A stretch of 64,000 nucleotides of DNA, taken from Opitutaceae bacterium. GTDB lineage: Bacteria > Verrucomicrobiota > Verrucomicrobiia > Opitutales > Coraliomargaritaceae. The notes below the pieces were generated by a model. It searched no databases, was not told where the DNA came from, and worked only from the letters and a program-made list of their open reading frames with translations. The position numbers were made by a program, and so were the translations under genes. Location of the stretch: the NCBI GenBank assembly GCA_051252375.1, contig JBPOFY010000010.1, forward strand, positions 32,001 through 96,000. The letters run 5' to 3'. Each line of letters begins with the position of its first letter. Position 1 is the stretch's first letter. This document shows, in pieces, positions 28,360-38,675 of the stretch.

Positions 28360-30990
28360 CTAGGTGAGCAATATTTTTAAACGTTGTCCGCTGTTAATGG
28401 TGATACCGGAGTCAAAGGTGATTACATAACGACCACCTTCTACATTCAAAGATGCATTCACCGCTTTGTCTGCGAGTTCAACCCCGACCTTCGTCGCAGA
28501 AACTCCACTGACTTTATCGATTGAAAGTTCTTTGAGTTGTAAACGACCGTAGAGCAATTCGATGGCGGACATATGTTCCCCATTTTCAACCTTCTGACCA
28601 AAGCGCCCCCATCCTTCTGCTGCAGTAAAGGCAGCGTGGAAAGCCTCGGGGTTCAATTTCGGACCGAAGCCGAGCTTGCCCTCCGGACCGTCATAACGAT
28701 AGCCACAGGCAGCGAGGTAGGTGCCATAGCTGGCCATAGCACGTGAATAGTGGTCAGAACATTCGATCTCGTTGTAAGGGTTACGCTTATCGGCAGCGTA
28801 ACGATCATGGATCGCTTTACCGATCGCCATCGGCTCTTCGACCATGCCTTCACGAAGCATGTGCGCGGCGACTTGCCACTCGAAGCCGGTCATACACTCG
28901 TTGAGATAGCCTGCGTAATTCTTATTGCCGCTCTTCGGTTCCACCTTACCGAATGGGAAACTTGTCATCACTAATCCTGCATCCCCTGGGCCAGCATACC
29001 AGCGACCGTTCGTCATGACCTTACGGAAAGCCGCAACATCAGGTGTGAAGTTATACTTCCAAAGTGCCTGCAGTACCTTGCGAGTTTTATCCCTTGGCAA
29101 AATCGGATCGAGACCGACTTCGTAGAGCCAACTATCACCGAGCACTTGGTCAATATGACAGCCGTTGGTGGAGCCGTGCATTTGAGTTTCATCGGTAGGT
29201 GGTATGTGGATGTAGTAACCGAAGTCTTCGTTCCAAAGTTCTTTCACCATCTTGGGTGCCCCCTTCGCGATGATTTCCTCGTAGCGTTCGGCGACTGCGG
29301 GCTGTTTCATCTGACGCGCCATAACTGCCGATGCTTTGAGAGCCGCGTGATAGACGTTGATCAACCAGTGGACTTTGCCATGCCATGGCTCGTCGAGTGT
29401 GTTGTGCTGTGCACCAGATAGAATACCATCTTCGTCCGCATCCCATTCCTTGATGACATAGTCCATCGAAAGTTTCACGCGATCCCATATGCTGGCAAGG
29501 AAGCTGTAGTCCGTCGTCATCTGGCTCTCGCGTAGCACACGAATGATGGTGCCACAAGTGCCGTCGAGCGCATCGTCGCGGCCGTTTTTACCATCCTGCA
29601 TGGTATAACGGAAGTAAACCATACCATTCTTATCATCAAAGCCATGACCATACTCGATTCGATCGCGGCATTCGCGCTCGATCTCAGGGAAAATACGCGC
29701 CAAGCCTTGGGCGTAGTTCCAGACGTGGGTGCAATTCCCCGGGCAACAACGAACGCCCTCCTCCATATTATAAATATCTTCTTTTGCTCCCTGAGGAATG
29801 ATACGCTGCACAGTCTGCGTTTGCATGCAGTCGATTGGAATGAAGGCGCGCTCCAAGAACCAATACGGCAAACTAGAGTCATACCAAGTATCGACCCACT
29901 GCTTGGTCGTGCCGTAGAGCTCAGCCTCGCGACTCGCCACCTGAGCACTCGCTTCGGCAGCACTCGGCCATTGTGTCGCATAGTGGTAACGACCGGGAGA
30001 AGTTTTGCTGCCAAAACCAGTTCCATATTTAACGACAGGTAAGCGCCAAGAAACGGCAAAAGATACTGTCTGCGATTCGCCTGGCTTCAGAGTCAGATTA
30101 CGACCGATTGAAGCAGCACTCGTCTTTCCTTTAGTCGCTTTGTTGCCGGAATTGAATACACCTTCAACACCCGGCGTGGTCTTGTTTACGTCAACGAAAT
30201 CAGGCGACTCAGAGCCGAAGATCCCAAGTGCTAAGCCACTGCCATCTTTACCTGCGCCAGAACACTCAACGGTCGCGATATCTTTGAGATGGCGATAGAC
30301 GCTTACTTTACCGCCTTTACCGACCCACATATTATCAATCCAACCAGCGATGGCGACCTCCTGAGTCTTCGCCGAGCTGTTCGTCACAGTGTAGCGCATA
30401 ACAACCACGGGGTAGCTCGACTCATCTCGGTTCAACGGAATGAATGGTGTGTAAGCTTCAAGCTGCACATCTACAGGGCAGTTCGCATCCGCAAAGTCCA
30501 CCAGCGCCATGGGATACTGGTTGGTGAAAGTAACATCATCAAAACCCTGCGAATTCAATAAATGGGTTTTACCATTTACTTGCAAAGCGAAGCCCTGTCC
30601 CGCCGGAGCATTTGCAGCATCCGGTTTCATATAGCGATGGCCTTTCGGGTTGTTCAATTTGTCCTTCTTCGCAGTCAAATTCCAATACCAAAGCTCCCCA
30701 TCGCCACTCAGATAGACTTGTCCAGTGCCAACACCATTAATAGGCATACCAATAAAATCCTTCGCACCGGCCTTCGCAATAAGCGGCTTACCACGGGCAT
30801 AGAGGCTCTTAATCCAATCCGCACTCAACTTCTTGTCGGCTGGTATGATCTTGTCAAAATCCGCAGCGCTGAATGGTCCTGCCATTACATTAATACGGCT
30901 GGCCATCAGCATCGCTGCAGTTAGGCCAGAGGCTTTGAGGAAATCACGGCGCCCCGTCAGGGCATTTCTTTGAGATTCAGAGTTATTCAT
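28360..30990 (-). CDS. GH116-family glycoside hydrolase, Tat-exported (close paralog of 23716-26901)
   Basis: GRRDFLK; EEGVRCCPGNCTHVWNYA, QHNTLD, NECMTGFEW. Start moved to ATG 30990. Confidence 0.88.
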   Translation of the reverse strand: MNNSESQRNALTGRRDFLKASGLTAAMLMASRINVMAGPFSAADFDKIIPADKKLSADWIKSLYARGKPLIAKAGAKDFIGMPINGVGTGQVYLSGDGELWYWNLTAKKDKLNNPKGHRYMKPDAANAPAGQGFALQVNGKTHLLNSQGFDDVTFTNQYPMALVDFADANCPVDVQLEAYTPFIPLNRDESSYPVVVMRYTVTNSSAKTQEVAIAGWIDNMWVGKGGKVSVYRHLKDIATVECSGAGKDGSGLALGIFGSESPDFVDVNKTTPGVEGVFNSGNKATKGKTSAASIGRNLTLKPGESQTVSFAVSWRLPVVKYGTGFGSKTSPGRYHYATQWPSAAEASAQVASREAELYGTTKQWVDTWYDSSLPYWFLERAFIPIDCMQTQTVQRIIPQGAKEDIYNMEEGVRCCPGNCTHVWNYAQGLARIFPEIERECRDRIEYGHGFDDKNGMVYFRYTMQDGKNGRDDALDGTCGTIIRVLRESQMTTDYSFLASIWDRVKLSMDYVIKEWDADEDGILSGAQHNTLDEPWHGKVHWLINVYHAALKASAVMARQMKQPAVAERYEEIIAKGAPKMVKELWNEDFGYYIHIPPTDETQMHGSTNGCHIDQVLGDSWLYEVGLDPILPRDKTRKVLQALWKYNFTPDVAAFRKVMTNGRWYAGPGDAGLVMTSFPFGKVEPKSGNKNYAGYLNECMTGFEWQVAAHMLREGMVEEPMAIGKAIHDRYAADKRNPYNEIECSDHYSRAMASYGTYLAACGYRYDGPEGKLGFGPKLNPEAFHAAFTAAEGWGRFGQKVENGEHMSAIELLYGRLQLKELSIDKVSGVSATKVGVELADKAVNASLNVEGGRYVITFDSGITINSGQRLKILLT

Positions 30991-31144
30991 AAAGTAATTT
31001 TGTAGGTAAAATAGCTTAATCAACAGATTGCCTCCGCTTCATGCGGGATGTCTCGCGACAGGCAATACGATTAATACATGGGTAAACAGTCGTTCATTCT
31101 AATTCGAAGGAACGGCATTATAACCTAATAAGAAGACAATTACT

Positions 31145-31162
31145 ATCGCCTAAATAAGTGAT
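31145..31162. promoter_or_regulatory. Candidate response-regulator operator
   Basis: ATCGCC-TAAATA-AGTGAT (extends to CTATCGC...GTGATAG); 13/18 identical to 6625-6642; ~155 bp upstream of the GH116 start. Confidence 0.45.
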
Positions 31163-31250
31163 AGGACGTAGTGAAAATTGTATCACCCAAGTGATCCCAT
31201 GCCCCCTTCCACCTTCCCTTCTATAGGGAGTCGTGGTCATTGAACGTCAG

Positions 31251-32132
31251 TTAAAACTCTTCGCCTTTTTCGAAAAGAAAATTGGGCAAGCCTTGGTTTA
31301 CTAGGATCTTATCGAACGCGATCTTGTAGAAAACCCTACCATCAACGAGCAACTCGACCTTTGAAGGCAAACCGTAGGCATCTTCCAGTGGATCAGTAAA
31401 GAAGAGTTCCGCGTCCTTAACGCGACGCTCGTCGACTTTAATCGAAGCACGGCGATAGTGTTCGAACCCTGTCTCTTTATCAAAATAATGATAAACCGCC
31501 GTTTCAGGAATCAAGCTGTTGTTTTTTATTACGGTGCAAGGGTGTCTATTCCATACAGCATCTGGCATGACCTCTAGCACCTGGGGCGCAACCCCATCAT
31601 CGAACAACCATGAAATACAGGGAATCGTGCTTTCGAGTAATGCGAGCGATTCGTTAAAACGCTGCAAGCGCTCACTGCTGATATCCAACAAAGGTGGCTC
31701 TGTCTGGCGAAGCCAAACGTCTTTGCCGTCTGAGCCGAACTCGATAACATGGCGCTGATAACTAATACGCTGCTTATAGAGTGACGGGCGCTTCGCGAGA
31801 AACTCTAAGTCCATCACGACTTCATTCACCTCGTAATGACCCACGGCGCGAATGCTCTGCACTTTGTTCATTTGAGACTGCTCCAGATAGCGCTCATGAA
31901 AGAGCTCTAAAGGCGATAGAGCCTGAGTGAGATCTGCATCAAGTTCGAGCGTTGCCTCTAACTGTTCGATTTTGGTTTTATTGCCTTCCACCCAATCTTT
32001 ATAAATAAAATAGCCACCAATCGATAAAGCCAAAAGTAGGAGCAGTGCTATCACAGCTAATTTGATCAACTCACCCCGCGGGAAGGATTGACCAAAAATA
32101 AAGTGGTAAGACTCGACCTTCTCTTTTTTCAC
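31251..32132 (-). CDS. Membrane-anchored hypothetical protein, possibly LolA-like fold
   Basis: GTG start, one N-terminal transmembrane helix; segment SIRAVGH...KRPSLYKQ...FGSDGKDVW recalls lipoprotein-sorting (LolA-like) proteins. Confidence 0.6.
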   Translation of the reverse strand: MKKEKVESYHFIFGQSFPRGELIKLAVIALLLLLALSIGGYFIYKDWVEGNKTKIEQLEATLELDADLTQALSPLELFHERYLEQSQMNKVQSIRAVGHYEVNEVVMDLEFLAKRPSLYKQRISYQRHVIEFGSDGKDVWLRQTEPPLLDISSERLQRFNESLALLESTIPCISWLFDDGVAPQVLEVMPDAVWNRHPCTVIKNNSLIPETAVYHYFDKETGFEHYRRASIKVDERRVKDAELFFTDPLEDAYGLPSKVELLVDGRVFYKIAFDKILVNQGLPNFLFEKGEEF

Positions 32133-32196
32133 AGGGTAATGCCTCGGCTTAAAATGATAGATCCTCTGCTGACATCTTTGTTATACGGCAGTAAAG

Positions 32197-32826
32197 TTAC
32201 ACCGTTGTCCTAGCTCGACGCCGTGTAAACATAAAGAGTGAAGCACCAAGACCGAATAGAAGTGCGGCATTACTTGGCTCAGGCACAGCACCTACCGTGA
32301 TGGCACCGCCTGAAGTTTCCCATGCCCACGCATGAATGGTGCCGGTCGAGCCGTCATCATACAATGTGAGCTGTATCCAACCGTAATAATCGTCGACTCC
32401 GGGATTGAGGACAAAGCCGATATAGCCGGTTACCCCGCTTTCGAACTCCTGTAAACCTGCGCCCATGTGGTCTGTCGAACCGCTATAGCTCGCAGGATAG
32501 TCGCTGGTTGGTCCGACTTGAGTTCCAAATGCTAAATTAAGGACAGCCGAGTTTGTCGCTGTGCTGGCAAGCACCGGGAGAAAGGTGTTACTGGTGCCCA
32601 CAGCAGCCCCTCCATAGAAGGGGTTGATGTCCCAATTACTAGTGTATGTAGTCGAGACAGTATAAGCAGAGGCGTCCGAAGAGTCCGTGAAGTCCAAGTA
32701 AACACCATCGTTGGATATCGGGATGACGATATCGGCAGCTGGGTCGAAACTTAAGATGATCGCAGATGCGGAACCACTACTGAGGACCCAAAGGAGTGTT
32801 GCGGGGAAGAGGGTGCGGAATTTCAT
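32197..32826 (-). CDS. PEP-CTERM sorting-domain surface protein
   Basis: Signal peptide; VPEPSNAALLFGLGASLFMFTRRRA. Confidence 0.9.
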   Translation of the reverse strand: MKFRTLFPATLLWVLSSGSASAIILSFDPAADIVIPISNDGVYLDFTDSSDASAYTVSTTYTSNWDINPFYGGAAVGTSNTFLPVLASTATNSAVLNLAFGTQVGPTSDYPASYSGSTDHMGAGLQEFESGVTGYIGFVLNPGVDDYYGWIQLTLYDDGSTGTIHAWAWETSGGAITVGAVPEPSNAALLFGLGASLFMFTRRRARTTV

Positions 32827-32864
32827 GCTATAAAATTGAAGTGCGTGGTTTACCTATTTGGCTT

Positions 32865-35800
32865 TTATTCGGGTTGCGTCTCGCCAGAGGCTGTATCGTC
32901 AATTTTCACACGGTAGAAGCGAGCTTTCTTCCCGTTTGAGAGGAATGTGGGGTAGCTCAACTCTACGGCTTCGTAAGCATTTGATTCAGATGTGCCAGTA
33001 ATACGAACTGCGGAACTACCAGCCAAATCATCCCAAGAAATTAAATCGTGGCTAAACTGAGCGGTGTAACTGATGCCAGAAGTAGCATGATCGACTAGGC
33101 GAACAAAACGTGCCTTGACGCTCAATGGGCTGAATGTGACTTCCACATTCGGCAGACCCGGCGTGAAGCTACTGCCGTTGATACTCATGCTGCTGGCATC
33201 ACTTACATTCGGATCCGTGCCGAAAGCAAACTCCAGAAGGTTGACGAGACTATCAGAATCATCATTAAAATTCGGATCAAGGGTTGCCCCCGCGGTAGTT
33301 GCCCAAGTGCCAAACGGAGTTAAGCCAAGGCTGAGTGTGCCGCTGGATTCTGTGAAGGTCCAAGCATATGCCCCATCCTCCACGGTCCAGATACCTGCAC
33401 TCGTCTCAGTGAAGGCGCCCAAGGTGCTGTTGATCCCGAAGCTCGCACCGTAGGTCACTGAACCAAGGTCAGTGTCGTCCACCACTTGCCAGGTGTTGCC
33501 AGCAGTCATATTTGCACTGCTCAGGTCTAGGGTGATGGGCGAATTGAAGGTCACCGTTCCAGTGCCGGAGGCCGTGCCACCGCGGACCTGATTGGTTGTG
33601 CCATTACTCGTAGGATAGAAGGTCAGGGTTCCAGTATTACCGCCATCACTGTCGACGATTAGCTTGCCGCCCGATTCGATGACCGTGTCACCTGAATAAG
33701 TGTTTGCGCCCCGGAAGTAGATATCCCCGATATTGTTACTCGCGATCGTAACGTCGCCAGATGTTCCAGGCGTCATCCCAGATGGATCCTGTATGGCCCC
33801 GAGGAACCTGAATTGCCAACCGCTATTACCACCAACTGCTGCGAGCGTGACCCCTTTGCCGTCGGAGTTCGGACTGCCGAGAGTCACATCACCGCTCACG
33901 CTACTGTTTCCGTTATTATGCATGCGCACTACACCACTGCTACCCGTCTGGACGGTGTAGTTGATGGTGCTGGGGTAGGTAGTTGAGGAGACGTTATCAA
34001 ACTGTAAGGTTACATCAGCGCTGCCGCTGGTATCACCAAGATAGACGTGAGAGTTAAGACTCAGCCCAACCCGGCCATTGCCAGGGGTGCCGCCCGCAAT
34101 CACAGTGCCTTCCTTTATAAAGGTATCTCCCGTGAAGGTGCTGGAACTACCCGCAACAAGGGCTTCGCGCAAGGTGAGCGTGCCAGTGCCAACCTTGGTT
34201 AGACCGCCTGCTCCGCTCATGATCCCAGTATAGGTCATGCTCGAATTATTGTTACCTACGGTGAGCTGAATTGGCTCAGGTGTGCTAGCATTATTCTCCA
34301 GCACCAGGTCTGGGCTGTCAGCTAGGGCGTTCATAGTGAACGAATCACTCGTCTCAGATTCATCAAAGACCAGTGTGCCGTTGATGGTGACGGTGCTGTT
34401 TTGCAAAGCCAAGCTGTCGGCCAACACCAACTGACTTCCAGACGCAATCAACGTACTCCCAGAATAGGTATTGGCATCGTTGAAAGTAACGCCTCCTGCC
34501 CCACTCACCGAGACGTTGGTGGTCCCTGTAATTCCCGTTGCATCAGTCGCACTGATTACGTAGGACACGCTGTTGTTAATAAACCGGACAGTCCCCGAGG
34601 GGATGGAAACTCCGCCAGCCGCGATGGTGATGTTAGTCTGCGCCACAGCTTGGGCAGTCGTATCGTAATAGACATCATCAAAGGCCACTTGATCTAAAAC
34701 CGCCTTTGCCGTTGCAAAGGTGACCCCGGACAGAGCTGTGCCGTCGCCGTTAGTCGAGAAGTTTATAGTGGAAGCCTCATCCCAAGTGACACCACCAAGA
34801 CCGGTCCAGCGAGGTGGTGAAATAGCTGACACCGTGAAGGTGGCTCCATTATCAACAACTTTAAGGACACCCCCCGAATTATTCAGGAAGGCTGTGCCGA
34901 TGGAATTTGATACTGCAGTCGCATCAGTGAAGGGTCCACCATACGCGGCGGAAAAGGACCCGCCAGTGGAAGTGAAGTCGACATAACTATTATTGGTGCC
35001 AAGGTCTATAGCGACCCCAGTTAAGTTCACCGCACCGCCGTCAATGATCATAGTGGCGTAACGACTGGCATTGTAGGCGAAATCAACGTAGCCGGAGAAG
35101 TTTAAGGTTCCATCCGCATTGACCGTGAATTTATGAACTCCATTACCATGTCGCTGTAACAAAATGTTTGAGGTCATGTTAAGTGTGACATCCTCACCAG
35201 CACCCGAAACACCGTCACCGACAGTCCAAATCTGACGATCGATACTGCCATCATCAATATTTGTAAACATTCCGCTGTTGTGGGAGGAATTAAAACCGAA
35301 ACTGACTGCACCACCGCGATTGAATTCCATTACAGGAACCGACCATTTGCCGTTCTGATTGGCGCCGCTCCCAGCATATTGAGAGCCGATATTGGGAACA
35401 TTTATAGTCGGCATCGTGCTGCCAGCCAATACCACCTTTTCACCGACTGGCAGGGTCAAACCTGCTGATGAAATGTTGTCATCGACTGGAACACCATTCA
35501 GATCCCAATTGGCAGCATTGGCCCAGTCGGTGTCGGCACCGCCAATCCAGGTATAGACTCCCTCAGGCAGCACCGTAATGGATACAGCAACCTCCGCGCT
35601 ATCGACGAACCCATCATTGATGGTGAACGTGAAACTATCCGCTCCACTATAATCCGCGGTCGGAGTATAGGTAAGGTTGGGAACCGTTCCAGTCAGCAAA
35701 CCGTTACTCGGTGAAGTCACCACCGTATATGTCAGGCTATGCCCATCCGCATCGGATCCGGTCAGGGTGATCGCAACCGAGTCATCTTCTTTAACTGATA

Positions 35801-38660
35801 CAGATTGGGCATCGGCAACCGGTGCTGTATTCAAAATCGCGGTCACAGTGAATGTGCCATTCGTGTTATCGACTGCTTGAAGATCGATCCCAGCCCCTGC
35901 GACGAAGTCGTTTCCGATACTCGCTTGAACGGCCGCGATATCCGCAAAGTTGCCGCCGAAGTCCGCCGTAAGCGTGCCTCCAACAGCCGTGAAATCGACC
36001 ACAGCATTCGGGAATGCAGTTAGATCCAAAATCACACCACTGAAATTCACCTCACCGCCATCGATTGTGATCTTAGCCGTCCTGTTTACATTCGATCCGA
36101 AATCGACTGTGCCACTAGTGAAGTTCAGGATACCGTCTAAGTTGACCTGAAAGTTGTTAATGTTGTCATCGTGACGTGAAAGATTCGGAGCACCTACAGT
36201 CGAATCGAGCGACATCACAACTTCGCCTGCAGCGCCCACGCCATCCCCCACCGTAAAGACGGTGCGATTCGCATAGGTCGTTTTATTGTTGCTCCAAACG
36301 TGGCCCTCGCGACCTCCGAGCGTGAAGGCAATACTCCCCCCTTGCTTGAGCTCAATAATTGGAGTGTCCAAGGGATTTGTGCTCCCGCCCAAATCTGGAA
36401 TATTTAAAGTTGGTAGTGGAGTGGCAGAACCACCTGTAGCCACATCAAAGACTATTTTTTCCCCAGGAGGCAGCGAGAGCCCGGCGTTGTGGCCACCTCC
36501 TGCACCGTTGTCAACGGGCACCCCACTTCCATCCCAGTTCGCGGCATTGCTCCAGTCGCCGTCAACGGCTCCGGTCCAAGTGTAGACCCCTGCAACCCCT
36601 ACGGGAACCACTGCAATCGATACCGTGGCCTCCGCACTATCGACCGTGCCATCATTGACGGTGAAGGTGAAGCTGTCCAATCCGACGTAAGCCGCATTTG
36701 GCGTATAGCTTAAATTAGGCGCCGTTCCGGTCAACTGGCCGTTAGACGGACCCGTCGCCACATTGTAACTCACGATACTGTCGCCATCGATATCCGAACC
36801 GCTCAGCGTGATCGCTACGGAGTCATTCTCGATGACAGTCACCGATTGAGCGTCGGCCGCCGGCGGATCGTTGACCGGATCGACCGTGATCAAAACAGTC
36901 GCTGCGATACTATCATTGGTGCCGTCACTTACATTAAAGGTGAATGAGTCGGAACCACTATAATCCGGGTCCGGGGTGTAAGTCAGGTTGGGCTCAGTGC
37001 CAGAGAGACTACCGTTACTTGGACCAGTCAGTACCGTGTAAGTCAGGCTGTCGCCATTCGGGTCGGTGCCAGTCAGGGTGACCGCCACGGAATCATCTTC
37101 ATCCACACTGAGATCTTGGTTATCCGAAATCGGTGCAGAGCCACCGTAGAGCGATTCAATTTCGTTCACGATTGCATTGTTTTCAGCTGCATCAGCTCCA
37201 TCGAGATAGAGAACGAAAGCACCACCAGCAAAGCGGTTACGCTCGTAAAGCTTCGTCCAATCAAAAGTGATATTTGATCCGGTTACAGTGGCTTCAGCTT
37301 GATCGTCTAGGGCGATTACGTTGACATCGCCTAAGATCGGTAGGCTGACTCGAACGTTTAGCGATTTATCATAATTCGGAATTTGCTCAAAACCAATCAG
37401 GCGGAAGAGTAAGTGGTGATCAAACTCGTCGACGCGGAAATAGATTTTACCTACGTCTCGATCATCCTCAATCAACTCAGTCACCCCACTCTGGCTAGTT
37501 GCATTAATCCAGTCCCATGTGCTAAAGCTATAGCCGGTAAATATTCGCAAGTAAGAGCTACCAGAACCGCTCAGCTGCTCGGCTCCTCCCAGCAATAGGC
37601 TGGCAGTGGTCCCATCCGCATTCCAGGTCATCGTGTTGACACCTGCACTAGATGCTGGATTGAGCACAAACTCATCCACGCGACAGAACTCACCGCCGTC
37701 GCTATAGGCAAAGAGCTCTAGTGTTTGGCCAGCGGTAACAAAGACATTCTTAGTGTGATGCGTCACCAGATTCGCCGCTACCGGAGTCGCGCTACCGAGG
37801 TCACGATTCGCCGACCAAGCATCTACGAGCACGTTATCCAAATAGAGTTTATAAACCGCTTCGCCGTCATTTTCGTCAAAGTATTTGGTTTCGAAATCAT
37901 AGCTGCCACCATCGGTCACCGTCGTCGTAGCCGAGCCGCTGGTGCCACTAAGCACGATTACTTCACCTCCGGATGCCACGCCTTGGGATTCAGTATTGAA
38001 GCCAACCAGCGTCATATCCTCCGCCTCGAAAGCGACAGGATCTGGAGTCTGAATCAACATGTGCCGATACACACCCGAGCCGGTAATATTATCAGTTCCA
38101 CCCACTCCAATCAAATCCTCTATCGTCAGGTTAGACTGATCATTGACTCCAAAGTCGACTGTGAGTGATAGACTGTCATTACCACCGATATCCGCGAAAA
38201 AATTAAAGTCGATATCGATGTAGACATCTCCATTGCCGTCATCCTCGACGAGTTCGACTGAGTTAATAGAGAAAAACTCATTGCCGGAATTGACATTGCA
38301 GTCGAGCTGGATCGTGCCGGTGTAAACCGTCCCTCCGCTTGTAAATGAGATACTGCCAGTCTCGAAATTATAATCACCATCGATATACTTAAACCCCGCA
38401 TCACCCGATTCGTTGAAAATATAGTAGTCCCCGCCTACCTTAGCCGTGATGGAGTAATCTCCATTAGTCGCCCGAGAGGCGGCTGAACCACCAGTAATAC
38501 TATCATCGACCCCTACAGGAGTCTTCTGCTGATCATCGCCAACCGCTCCAAACTGATTGGATAGAGGACTACTACTGCTGAAGTCCTGTTTATAAATCGT
38601 TCCCGCCTGAGAAATTGAAACACCGGCTAGGAGAACTAGGAATATACTATTTTTAATCAT
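32865..38660 (-). CDS. Large secreted multidomain surface protein: CBM6/35-like domain, unknown domain, three Big_9/cadherin-like repeats, duplicated domain, PATR beta-strand repeats
   Basis: Signal peptide; FEAEDM...CRVDEF; three (E/K)DDSVAITL.G.D.DG...P.NG.L.GT.PNLTYTP-type repeats; GGLTKVGTGTLTL and ANTYSGDT PATR motifs; C-terminal NLLEFAFGTDP...RFYRV module. Confidence 0.85.
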   Translation of the reverse strand: MIKNSIFLVLLAGVSISQAGTIYKQDFSSSSPLSNQFGAVGDDQQKTPVGVDDSITGGSAASRATNGDYSITAKVGGDYYIFNESGDAGFKYIDGDYNFETGSISFTSGGTVYTGTIQLDCNVNSGNEFFSINSVELVEDDGNGDVYIDIDFNFFADIGGNDSLSLTVDFGVNDQSNLTIEDLIGVGGTDNITGSGVYRHMLIQTPDPVAFEAEDMTLVGFNTESQGVASGGEVIVLSGTSGSATTTVTDGGSYDFETKYFDENDGEAVYKLYLDNVLVDAWSANRDLGSATPVAANLVTHHTKNVFVTAGQTLELFAYSDGGEFCRVDEFVLNPASSAGVNTMTWNADGTTASLLLGGAEQLSGSGSSYLRIFTGYSFSTWDWINATSQSGVTELIEDDRDVGKIYFRVDEFDHHLLFRLIGFEQIPNYDKSLNVRVSLPILGDVNVIALDDQAEATVTGSNITFDWTKLYERNRFAGGAFVLYLDGADAAENNAIVNEIESLYGGSAPISDNQDLSVDEDDSVAVTLTGTDPNGDSLTYTVLTGPSNGSLSGTEPNLTYTPDPDYSGSDSFTFNVSDGTNDSIAATVLITVDPVNDPPAADAQSVTVIENDSVAITLSGSDIDGDSIVSYNVATGPSNGQLTGTAPNLSYTPNAAYVGLDSFTFTVNDGTVDSAEATVSIAVVPVGVAGVYTWTGAVDGDWSNAANWDGSGVPVDNGAGGGHNAGLSLPPGEKIVFDVATGGSATPLPTLNIPDLGGSTNPLDTPIIELKQGGSIAFTLGGREGHVWSNNKTTYANRTVFTVGDGVGAAGEVVMSLDSTVGAPNLSRHDDNINNFQVNLDGILNFTSGTVDFGSNVNRTAKITIDGGEVNFSGVILDLTAFPNAVVDFTAVGGTLTADFGGNFADIAAVQASIGNDFVAGAGIDLQAVDNTNGTFTVTAILNTAPVADAQSVSVKEDDSVAITLTGSDADGHSLTYTVVTSPSNGLLTGTVPNLTYTPTADYSGADSFTFTINDGFVDSAEVAVSITVLPEGVYTWIGGADTDWANAANWDLNGVPVDDNISSAGLTLPVGEKVVLAGSTMPTINVPNIGSQYAGSGANQNGKWSVPVMEFNRGGAVSFGFNSSHNSGMFTNIDDGSIDRQIWTVGDGVSGAGEDVTLNMTSNILLQRHGNGVHKFTVNADGTLNFSGYVDFAYNASRYATMIIDGGAVNLTGVAIDLGTNNSYVDFTSTGGSFSAAYGGPFTDATAVSNSIGTAFLNNSGGVLKVVDNGATFTVSAISPPRWTGLGGVTWDEASTINFSTNGDGTALSGVTFATAKAVLDQVAFDDVYYDTTAQAVAQTNITIAAGGVSIPSGTVRFINNSVSYVISATDATGITGTTNVSVSGAGGVTFNDANTYSGSTLIASGSQLVLADSLALQNSTVTINGTLVFDESETSDSFTMNALADSPDLVLENNASTPEPIQLTVGNNNSSMTYTGIMSGAGGLTKVGTGTLTLREALVAGSSSTFTGDTFIKEGTVIAGGTPGNGRVGLSLNSHVYLGDTSGSADVTLQFDNVSSTTYPSTINYTVQTGSSGVVRMHNNGNSSVSGDVTLGSPNSDGKGVTLAAVGGNSGWQFRFLGAIQDPSGMTPGTSGDVTIASNNIGDIYFRGANTYSGDTVIESGGKLIVDSDGGNTGTLTFYPTSNGTTNQVRGGTASGTGTVTFNSPITLDLSSANMTAGNTWQVVDDTDLGSVTYGASFGINSTLGAFTETSAGIWTVEDGAYAWTFTESSGTLSLGLTPFGTWATTAGATLDPNFNDDSDSLVNLLEFAFGTDPNVSDASSMSINGSSFTPGLPNVEVTFSPLSVKARFVRLVDHATSGISYTAQFSHDLISWDDLAGSSAVRITGTSESNAYEAVELSYPTFLSNGKKARFYRVKIDDTASGETQPE

Positions 38661-38675
38661 GGTATAATAATCTCC

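Noticed and set aside
32865..38660. Classical type V autotransporter
   Set aside because: PATR repeats are present but there is no C-terminal beta-barrel or terminal aromatic residue.
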